This document shows positions 30,757 to 38,384 of a stretch of 64,000 bases of DNA, one piece after another; positions within the stretch are counted from its first letter, which is position 1, and every line of letters begins with the position of its first letter. The position numbers were made by a program, and so were the translations under genes. The notes below the pieces were generated by a model. The model saw only the letters and a program-made list of their open reading frames with translations, made no database searches and was not told the origin of the DNA. Where the stretch lies: positions 3,072,001 to 3,136,000 of the forward strand of contig OY760175.1 of the NCBI GenBank assembly GCA_963663165.1, given 5' to 3'. The stretch comes from an uncultured Desulfospira sp. (lineage in GTDB: Bacteria > Desulfobacterota > Desulfobacteria > Desulfobacterales > Desulfobacteraceae).

Positions 30757-32808
30757 CTAAAATGTAAATTTCAAGCCGCCAAATACTGTAAATCCGGGGT
30801 CCTGGTAGTAATATATGGTCTTGTAATGATTATTTCCGATATTGTCCAAATCGAAAAACATGTCGACGCGGCAAGCCGGTTTATCAACCAGGCATTTTTC
30901 CAGCTTCATGCTCAGCACTTCATACCCGTCCAGCTTGACTCTGCTGGCCTTATTCGTACTGTTCCATACCGGCCCGACCACCCGCAGCCAGGCCGACGCC
31001 TTGATCTCGTACGGCAGCATGAAAAAGGCCCCGATATTGCCCATAATCTCCGGGTATCCTGACAACTCCACATCGTTGTAGTTCTCATCGACCTTGTTTT
31101 CCAAATTAGTTTGAGTATAGGTGAAATTGGCAAACGCGCTTAACCGGTTGTTCACTTTCGTACTCAAGGACATCTCAAGCCCGTATGACTCACATTTCCC
31201 TGCATTAATCCTCTGGCTCTGATTCACATCTTCATGTACGGTATTTGAAACGACAGCATCGTCGACCAGGTTCAAAAAACCTCTCATGCCGAAATTCAGC
31301 TTTTTCGTGGCCTCATAGTCAAACCCCAAATCATAGGCAAAACCCTTTTCAGGTTCCAGGTCAAGATTGGGTAGCGTCCCGCCGTATCCAACTCTTCCTT
31401 CATCAGAGGCCCGGATCGTTCCACCGATATATTTAGCAGCAGGAACCAGAAAACTGGTCCCGGCATTTGTATAGATGGAGAAACCATTTCCCATTTTATA
31501 CCGTAAGCCAGCACTCCAGACAAAACTATTCCAGTTTTGCTCGTCTTCTTCCGGCACAAATCCTCCAAGCAAATGATATTTATGCTGGGTGTAGTTATAT
31601 CGTCCGCCAACACGTAAAATCCAGCTGCCTATTTCATATTCTTCCTGCAGATAAATCCCGAATTGGTAGGCCTGGGCATCATTGATCAAATCCGATGATG
31701 ACTCTCCGTTAAACCATTGGTAATCTGCGAACTGAAAATCCGTCCCCACTGTCAGCAAACCGCCTCCGGAATGAGGAATAGTAAGACTGAGATCCCCGGG
31801 TATAATCTCCTGATCCACCCCGCTGATCCCCCGTGAATCCAGGTTTGTGGGATAATTGTCCTCTCCGAAATTCCGGTCGTAAAACAGATACCCCAATTGA
31901 AACCGGGCAGAGCCCCAGTCACCGACCGGGGTCTGGTATTTGGCATGGGTGGTCAGATAATTATGGTCAAGCTCCCGGTTGGGCCGCCCCATGTCCCCAT
32001 CGTGCCATTGATGGTGAATATAAAAAGACAGTTTGTGGTCATCCGCATTATCAAAGAAGTAAGTGGATCGAAAATCGAGACTTTTATTTTCATAGTCGGG
32101 ATCTTCGGTCATATCCATACCAGAAGCAGCTGTGGTTAGTTTATACCGGTAATTGGTGTAATCGGATGAATCCCATATGCCGCCAAGATAATAATGGAAA
32201 TTACCAATCCGGTCCCGATGGTCTGCTTTGATTTTTAATGTATTAAAATCTCCATATCCCGTGGAAATTCGTGTTCCTGGGTCGTCCACCCGCTCTCTTA
32301 AAATAAAGTTTGTTGTGCCGGCCAAGGGACTCTGGTTTCCGGAGAAATCCTGGGAGAGGAAATTGGGATACAGCACCGATGCCGGGCCTCTCTGCACTTC
32401 CACCCGTTCCACGATCCAGGGATCAATACTCATTGGATCGCAAAAGCTGTCCATGGGCAGCCCGTCAAGCATGTAGGTATTGTAGTTGGTCCCAAGCCCC
32501 CCGACAGACCCCCAGTTGGGCTGATTCCGCGCAAGGACGTTAACATAAGCACCGGGCAGATGGCTTACGGTTTCTGCAAGGTTTCCATTTCCCAAAATTT
32601 TCTGATCCAGTTCTTCTTTACTGATAACATCTACTTTCTGGGTAACATTTCCTCTGGCTTTGGCCGTTTTTGTGGCGGTGACAATTACATCTTCAAGCGC
32701 ATAGGTTTCTTCAGTTTCGCTTGTAGTTGTGTCTCCGGCATAGAGCCCCACAGGCCAGACCATAAAGGAAAACAACAGCAAAAGGCTAAACATTTTCCAT
32801 CTTTTCAT
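30757..32808 (-). CDS. TonB-dependent outer-membrane receptor
   Basis: Signal peptide, LEDVIVTATKT, VERVEVQRGPASVLY, NLDLEPE, GLKFTF end. ATG 32808 follows AAGGAG. Confidence 0.93.
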   Translation of the reverse strand: MKRWKMFSLLLLFSFMVWPVGLYAGDTTTSETEETYALEDVIVTATKTAKARGNVTQKVDVISKEELDQKILGNGNLAETVSHLPGAYVNVLARNQPNWGSVGGLGTNYNTYMLDGLPMDSFCDPMSIDPWIVERVEVQRGPASVLYPNFLSQDFSGNQSPLAGTTNFILRERVDDPGTRISTGYGDFNTLKIKADHRDRIGNFHYYLGGIWDSSDYTNYRYKLTTAASGMDMTEDPDYENKSLDFRSTYFFDNADDHKLSFYIHHQWHDGDMGRPNRELDHNYLTTHAKYQTPVGDWGSARFQLGYLFYDRNFGEDNYPTNLDSRGISGVDQEIIPGDLSLTIPHSGGGLLTVGTDFQFADYQWFNGESSSDLINDAQAYQFGIYLQEEYEIGSWILRVGGRYNYTQHKYHLLGGFVPEEDEQNWNSFVWSAGLRYKMGNGFSIYTNAGTSFLVPAAKYIGGTIRASDEGRVGYGGTLPNLDLEPEKGFAYDLGFDYEATKKLNFGMRGFLNLVDDAVVSNTVHEDVNQSQRINAGKCESYGLEMSLSTKVNNRLSAFANFTYTQTNLENKVDENYNDVELSGYPEIMGNIGAFFMLPYEIKASAWLRVVGPVWNSTNKASRVKLDGYEVLSMKLEKCLVDKPACRVDMFFDLDNIGNNHYKTIYYYQDPGFTVFGGLKFTF

Positions 32809-33027
32809 CTCAACACTCCTTTCCTTTCGTCTCTTTGCAGACATTCTTCCTATTGGCAAACTTCAATTGACAGGAAAAGGGCAGACTGATATCTTGAGGA
32901 TCGGAGTGTCCCCTTTCCGGGCATGCTTCACCGGGAGAACAGCGGATGACCTTGGCCGGCTTACGCGGTTCTCCCTTTTTCTTTCTACAGTACCAATTGA
33001 AAGAAAAATCCGGTAATAATTTTAAGC

Positions 33028-33092
33028 AAAAAAACGGCCACAAAGACTATCATCCCTATTCAAAAGAGATCTACCTTCATGGCCGTTTTTTT
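33028..33092 (-). promoter_or_regulatory. Leader terminator with three UAG triplets in the loop region (candidate protein-controlled attenuator)
   Basis: Minus strand AAAAAAACGGCCA-tgaaggTAGatctcttttgaaTAGggatgaTAGtctttg-TGGCCGTTTTTTT, between a TTGACA (33210-33205) and the receptor gene. Confidence 0.65.
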
Positions 33093-33299
33093 GTTGTATT
33101 AAAATTCTCTTTTTACTAAAGAGAAGCGGTGCTAAATTTTTTGAGCGAAACAACTACGGCTTCTGCCGTTTTTTGGGTGTTACATAGGATAAGCCTTTCC
33201 TCTTTGTCAAGCAAAATATGTGTAAAAAATCATCATGAATCGTAATTCACATCATTCGCCTGCGGGATATTTAATCAAAACCGCTTTCACATTTGAAAA

Positions 33300-33908
33300 T
33301 CAGCCTTCATAGGCCGGGGCCAGGGGATCTTTGCCGTCGGGAAACATGGCGCCAAAGGGATCGCTCTGGTCCAGGTCGGCGGCGGTGCAGTAATGCATGC
33401 CTTTTTTGCCGCCGGTCATCATCAGCGGGCAGGCTTTTTTCAAGTCCAGCCGGCCATCCGGGGTCAGGCAGCCGTCATCCACCTCAAGCCGAGTCACCTG
33501 CCCCATGATCAGGGTATACCCTTCTCCTTCATGAAACCCGGCAAGCTGGCACTCCATCCAGGCATAGGCCCCTTCAATACCGGGCGCTTTAATGGTGTGC
33601 GACAGCCTTGGGGACAGGTTTGCCAGCTCAAACTCATCTTCTTCGGGCCTGGAAAACCGGGCCGTGGGAATGACCTTGTCCACAAAGCTTTTCCCGGCAA
33701 GATTGACCACAAACTCCCGGGTGTCCCGGATGTTGGAAAGGGTATCCCTTTTCTGAGCCGAGGCAAGGCAGATCAGGTCCAAAGGCCTTAACACCGGCAT
33801 AATGCAGGAATATGGGGCAATATTGTTGATTCCATCCTGGCTGCACGTGGAAATAAAGGCCACCGGAAGGGGAAAGAACCCTTCTCTCATCATGGGTTTA
33901 AATATCAT
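33300..33908 (-). CDS. Flavin reductase-like FMN-binding protein (DIM6/NTAB family)
   Basis: PLPVAFIST...NIAPYS, DTLSNIRDTREFVVN, AWMEC. Confidence 0.9.
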   Translation of the reverse strand: MIFKPMMREGFFPLPVAFISTCSQDGINNIAPYSCIMPVLRPLDLICLASAQKRDTLSNIRDTREFVVNLAGKSFVDKVIPTARFSRPEEDEFELANLSPRLSHTIKAPGIEGAYAWMECQLAGFHEGEGYTLIMGQVTRLEVDDGCLTPDGRLDLKKACPLMMTGGKKGMHYCTAADLDQSDPFGAMFPDGKDPLAPAYEG

Positions 33909-33974
33909 AGGGAATCTCCTTTTTAAGGGGTTTAACGATTAAAATGGCCTACCCGTTCCTGCTCAGTCAAAGAC

Positions 33975-34093
33975 TTGAACGGTTGCCCGGTTCATATCGA
34001 TCTGTCCAGCCGATTCTTCGGCTGTCATCCCCCGCTTCATGCGAAGATTCATCATAACGTTCATACCTTAAAGGTCAGGAACCGGACCGTCAA
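33975..34093 (-). ncRNA. Candidate structured RNA (multi-stem junction with repeated AUGA(A))
   Basis: Ends are complementary (TTGA-ACGGT-CCGGTTC / GAACCGG-ACCGT-CAA). Internal hairpins include CAGCCGA-agaa-TCGGCTG. G-U pairs favour the minus strand. Confidence 0.45.
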
Positions 34094-34124
34094 TAAAAAT
34101 ACCCGAACCCGTTCCATCAAGTGT

Positions 34125-34153
34125 TTGACAAAGACTCAAGATGTCCTTATATT
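34125..34153 (+). promoter_or_regulatory. Sigma70 promoter of trxA-trxB-bamD
   Basis: TTGACA-17 nt-TATATT. Confidence 0.75.
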
Positions 34154-34190
34154 TACGGACAATTTGAACCCTAACCACAAAGGATAAATC

Positions 34191-34517
34191 ATGTCAGAAA
34201 ATATCATTGAACTCCAGGACGACGAATTCGAAGAAAAGGTATTAAAATCTGAAAAACCCGTGATGGTGGATTTCTGGGCTCCCTGGTGCGGTCCCTGTAA
34301 AGCCATTGCCCCTACGGTTGCGGCCCTTGAGGCAAAATTTGGAGATAAAATGACTTTTGTCAAAGTCAATGTGGATGACAATCCGGTCAGTCCGAGCAAA
34401 TACGGGGTTCAGGCCATCCCCACCCTGATTTTTTTCAAGGGCGGAGAAATTGCCGAGCAGATCGTGGGAATGGTGGCCAGGGAAAAACTTGAGGAAACCA
34501 TTAAAGGACTGGTATAG
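34191..34517 (+). CDS. trxA: Thioredoxin
   Basis: DFWAPWCGPCK, IPTL. Confidence 0.97.
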   Translation: MSENIIELQDDEFEEKVLKSEKPVMVDFWAPWCGPCKAIAPTVAALEAKFGDKMTFVKVNVDDNPVSPSKYGVQAIPTLIFFKGGEIAEQIVGMVAREKLEETIKGLV

Positions 34518-34528
34518 GAGATTATCCC

Positions 34529-35449
34529 ATGGCGGATTATGATCTTGTCATCATCGGCTCCGGCCCGGCAGGACTGACAGCCGGCCTTTATGCCGCAAGA
34601 GCCCGCATGAATGTGCTTGTTCTGGAAAAGGCGGTGCCTGGCGGACAGATCCTGGTCACGGACTGGGTGGAAAATTACCCGGGATTTCCCGAAGGGATCT
34701 CAGGATACGATCTGGCAGAAAAAATCAAAGATCAGGCTTTGGGGCTCGGGCTTAAAATCGAGACCGCCGAAGTCCACTCCATTGAAGTGAGCCCGGAATC
34801 AAAACAGATTATTCTTAAAGATAAAACCATCACGGCCAAGGCCTTAATTATCGCCTCAGGCGCTTCTCCTAGAAAATTGGGCATCGGAGAAGAAAAATTC
34901 ACGGGCAAGGGCGTTTCTTTTTGCGCCACCTGCGACGGGCCGTTTTTCAGGGATAAAACCGTTGTGGCTGTAGGCGGCGGGGATACGGCTGTTCAGGAAT
35001 CGGTCTTTTTGACCAAATTTGCCAAAAAGGTGTATCTGGTCCACCGCCGGGATGAATTGCGGGCAGCCAAGATCCTTCAGGAAAGGGCCTTTGCCAACGA
35101 CAAAATCGAGATGGTCTGGGATTCGGTGGTCACCGGGCTGAACGGGTTCTTCGGGGTTGAAGGGGTAACGGTAAAAAACCTTAAAACCAGTGAGGAAAAA
35201 ACCCTTCAAGCGGACGGCTGCTTTATCTGGGTGGGAATTGAACCCAATGCCGATTTTATCAACGGGCAGGTGGAAACCGACCCCTACGGATTTATCATCG
35301 CTGATGCCCACATGCAGACCAGTGTGCCCGGTGTCTTTGCCGCAGGGGATATCAGAAACACCCCGCTGCGCCAGATTGCCACGGCGGTGGGCGATGCTGC
35401 CATTGCTGCCGTTTCGGCCGAACATTATATCGAGAATTTAAATTCATGA
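34529..35449 (+). CDS. trxB: Thioredoxin reductase
   Basis: IIGSGPAG, CATCDG, GGGDTA, VHRR, GVFAAGD. Confidence 0.97.
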   Translation: MADYDLVIIGSGPAGLTAGLYAARARMNVLVLEKAVPGGQILVTDWVENYPGFPEGISGYDLAEKIKDQALGLGLKIETAEVHSIEVSPESKQIILKDKTITAKALIIASGASPRKLGIGEEKFTGKGVSFCATCDGPFFRDKTVVAVGGGDTAVQESVFLTKFAKKVYLVHRRDELRAAKILQERAFANDKIEMVWDSVVTGLNGFFGVEGVTVKNLKTSEEKTLQADGCFIWVGIEPNADFINGQVETDPYGFIIADAHMQTSVPGVFAAGDIRNTPLRQIATAVGDAAIAAVSAEHYIENLNS

Positions 35450-36126
35450 AAAATTTATTTATAGTCCTGACCCTGGCCCTTTTCATGTCCGGCTGCTCCC
35501 TGTTCAAAGACAGTGAGCAGCAGCAGATGAACAAAAATGCCGAACAGCTGGCCGCAGAAGGGGCCGAAGAATTTCTTGATGAAGATTACAAAGAGGCCAT
35601 CAAAGCCTATACCGACCTTAAAGACTGGTATCCGTTTTCAAAATACGCCATCCTGGCTGAGCTGAAAATTGCCGATTCCCATTTTCATCTTGAAGAATAT
35701 GCCGAAGCCATTGCGGCATATGAAAACTTTGAAAAACTCCATCCCAGAAACGAGGCTGTTCCCTACATCATTAACCAAATCGGCCTGTGCTGGTTCAACC
35801 AGATCAAAACCACGGACCGGGATGCCTCTCCGGCCCGGAACGCCAAAGAACAGTTCCAGCGCCTTTTAGATCAGTATCCGGACAATGCCGAGTATGCGGA
35901 AAAGGCCAGGGAAAATATCCAGAAATGCATTGATGATATGGCGGCCCACGAACTTTATGTGGCTGATTTTTATTTAAAGACCAAAAAATACAAATCTGCC
36001 CTTAAACGGTATGAATACATTGTAGAGACTTACCCGGGTTCAGACCAAAGCGAGGCCGCCGCAAAACAAATACCCGAATGTACCTCGCTTGCGGCCGAAC
36101 AGGAGCTTGCCCAAAAAGAAGATTAA
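35446..36126 (+). CDS. bamD: Outer membrane assembly lipoprotein BamD
   Basis: Lipobox MSGC, YPFSKYA, FEKLHP, HELYVADFY, TPR-like helices. Confidence 0.92.
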   Translation: MKNLFIVLTLALFMSGCSLFKDSEQQQMNKNAEQLAAEGAEEFLDEDYKEAIKAYTDLKDWYPFSKYAILAELKIADSHFHLEEYAEAIAAYENFEKLHPRNEAVPYIINQIGLCWFNQIKTTDRDASPARNAKEQFQRLLDQYPDNAEYAEKARENIQKCIDDMAAHELYVADFYLKTKKYKSALKRYEYIVETYPGSDQSEAAAKQIPECTSLAAEQELAQKED

Positions 36127-36218
36127 TTTTTACTTTACTTTTTTTTCAAGCTGATGTATTAACTTCGGGTTATTTTGTCATGAAATAAAAAAGAGCTTTG
36201 TGCCAAGGAGTATAAACA

Positions 36219-36413
36219 ATGTCTAAAGAATGCGCCATTTGCGGGAAAAAACCCATGGTCGGCCACAATGTCAGCCATGCCCACAACCTGAATAAAAGAA
36301 GATTTAACCCCAACCTTCAAAGGGTTCGTGCCGTTATCAAACCCGGATGCGTCAGAAAAATAGACGTCTGCACCAGCTGTATCAAGGCCGGCAAAGTAAC
36401 CAAGGCATCTTAA
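36219..36413 (+). CDS. rpmB: 50S ribosomal protein L28 (Cys-containing form)
   Basis: CAICGK...[15 protein letters not shown]...VCTSCIK. Confidence 0.96.
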   Translation: MSKECAICGKKPMVGHNVSHAHNLNKRRFNPNLQRVRAVIKPGCVRKIDVCTSCIKAGKVTKAS

Positions 36414-36415
36414 TC

Positions 36416-36543
36416 CGTGTTTGAACGAAAAGTCACCCATCTGCTGCGTTTCAGAAAAATTTGCAATCCTCACAACCCCCATGGTTGCTCCGGTTACAAA
36501 TTTTTCTGCGCCTTGCATCTGGGCAACTTTTCGCTCAAACACG
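36416..36543. repeat. 128-bp imperfect palindromic dispersed repeat (MITE/REPIN-like)
   Basis: CGTGTTTGAACGAAAAGT...ACTTTTCGCTCAAACACG; related copies at 1898 and 36768. Confidence 0.88.
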
Positions 36544-36616
36544 AGCTTACGTTCAGGCACTAATTCGGCTCTTAGGCTGAAGGGCCTGATTCCCAACAGC
36601 CGGCAAAATAAAAAAT

Positions 36617-36650
36617 CAAAAGACCGGGGGATCTGCCCACCGGTCTTTTG
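36617..36650. terminator. Bidirectional terminator between rpmB and phoH
   Basis: CAAAAGACCGG-GGG...CCC-A-CCGGTCTTTTG. Confidence 0.75.
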
Positions 36651-36767
36651 CTGTTTGTATGGAAGCTGTTAGCTTTTAGCCTTTAGCTGTCAGGCGTTGA
36701 AAGAAACAAGAGATTTAAATCCACGCTCTCTTGTTTCTTGTATCAAGTTTCCAGTTTCTTGAACCCC

Positions 36768-36895
36768 GGTATGGGCGAGAATTTGCCCATATGCAAGGCG
36801 CAAAGAATTCCAAGACCGAAAGTGTACTTTTGTACGTGATGAGGATCTTGGAATTCTGCAGCAACGCAGCAGATGGGTGAATTGTCGTCCATACC
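36768..36895. repeat. Diverged 128-bp member of the same palindromic repeat family
   Basis: Shares TTGCCCA.ATGCAAGGCGCA and AACGCAGCAGATGGGTGA blocks; ends GGTATGG...CCATACC. Confidence 0.82.
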
Positions 36896-38220
36896 TATAA
36901 AATCTTTGAGGCCAGCTCTGCCAGTTCCGACCGCTCCCCCTTCTCCAGATTAACATGGGCATAAAGCTTCTGCCCCTTCATCTTCTCAATGATAAAGGCA
37001 AGCCCGTTGGTCTGGCTGTCCAGGTAAGGATGGTCAATCTGAAAGATATCCCCGGTAAACACAATTTTGGTTCCTTCCCCTGCCCGGGTGATAATGGTTT
37101 TTACCTCATGGGGAGTCAGGTTCTGGGCCTCATCCACAATAAAAAAGACCCGGACAATGCTCCGTCCCCGGATATATGAAATCGGGGTGATCACAATCTT
37201 TTCTTCTTCAATGAGTTCATTTATCCGTTTGGATTCACTATTCCCCTCGTTAAGAAAATTCTGAAGCACAGACAGGTTATCGTACAGGGGCTGCATATAC
37301 GGGTCAAGCTTGGAGGCCACATCCCCGGGCAGATACCCTAAATCTTTGTTGCTTAGGGGGACCACCGGCCTGGCCACAAAAATCTGCCGGTAATACCGCT
37401 TCCGGGCCAGGGCAGCCGCCAAGGCCAGCAGGGTCTTTCCGGTGCCGGCCTTGCCGGATATCGTCACCAGGGGAATATCCGGGTTGAGCATGGCATTTAA
37501 GGCAAAGGCCTGTTCGGCGTTCCGGGGTTTGATCCCGGAACAGACCTGGGGCTGGACCAGCTTAATGGTCCGGTCATTGCCGTCCACCCATGCCAGGGCT
37601 GATTTGGAACCATTTTTCAGGATCACATTTTCATTGATTAAAAATTCCCGGTCGGTTTCAAGATTATCCCAGGCGGTTTCATAGGGTTTGGCATAAAGCT
37701 CATCAAAAATTTCAACGCTGACGTTTTCAACGGTTCTTAAGCCCGTATAGATGTCCGACGGATTTTCAACAAATTTGGAGTTGTAATTCTCCGTTTTCAG
37801 CCCGATGGACCTGGCCCGCAGCCGCAAATTAACGTCTTTGGTCACAAAGATCACATTCTTGAAATCATGCTGTTTGGCAATCACATAGGCAATGTTCATG
37901 ATTTTGATGTCAGGGGTGATTTCATTGAAATTTTCTTTGATCTTCTGATCGATTTCCATGTCCAGGCGGATGGAGATGGTCCCTTCTCCGTTTTCAATGG
38001 GAGCGCCGCCGTTGAGCATTTTATCCCCGGACAGGGCGTCCAGGGTTCTTAAAAAATCCCGGGCATTGGCGTTAATGATGTTGTTTCCTTTTTTAAATTT
38101 ATCCAACTCTTCAATAACGATGATGGGGATATAAATATCATTGTCTTTGAACTGATGGATACAGGAACTGTCATGAAGGATGACATTGGTGTCCAGGATA
38201 AAAATTTTTTTCATACTCAT
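36895..38220 (-). CDS. phoH: PIN-PhoH (PhoH2/YlaK-type) protein
   Basis: ILDTNVILHD PIN domain, GKAGTGKT, LGYLPGD, YIRGRS, DEAQN. Confidence 0.93.
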   Translation of the reverse strand: MSMKKIFILDTNVILHDSSCIHQFKDNDIYIPIIVIEELDKFKKGNNIINANARDFLRTLDALSGDKMLNGGAPIENGEGTISIRLDMEIDQKIKENFNEITPDIKIMNIAYVIAKQHDFKNVIFVTKDVNLRLRARSIGLKTENYNSKFVENPSDIYTGLRTVENVSVEIFDELYAKPYETAWDNLETDREFLINENVILKNGSKSALAWVDGNDRTIKLVQPQVCSGIKPRNAEQAFALNAMLNPDIPLVTISGKAGTGKTLLALAAALARKRYYRQIFVARPVVPLSNKDLGYLPGDVASKLDPYMQPLYDNLSVLQNFLNEGNSESKRINELIEEEKIVITPISYIRGRSIVRVFFIVDEAQNLTPHEVKTIITRAGEGTKIVFTGDIFQIDHPYLDSQTNGLAFIIEKMKGQKLYAHVNLEKGERSELAELASKIL

Positions 38221-38384
38221 CTCCGTTAAGGGTTGGCGTCACGGCCTGGCCGGTGCTTACCACTGGTTTTGTCCGGGACGGTAAATAACGAGCCCCCCGG
38301 GTTCTTCCAGAGCAGCTTTTACCCAGAACCTATAAAAAATGATGGGCTATTTGTAAATACAATGCCCGGCATGTTCATAAAATC

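Noticed and set aside
32810..33290. Cobalamin, Moco or NiCo riboswitch upstream of the TonB receptor
   Set aside because: The conserved blocks (for example the B12 box, GCCACTG and AGYCAGRAGACC for cobalamin) were not found by eye. An Rfam scan would be decisive.
36159..36672. ORFs 36159-36596 (-) and 36421-36672 (+)
   Set aside because: They are antisense to rpmB or are translations of the palindromic repeat, with no protein-family features.
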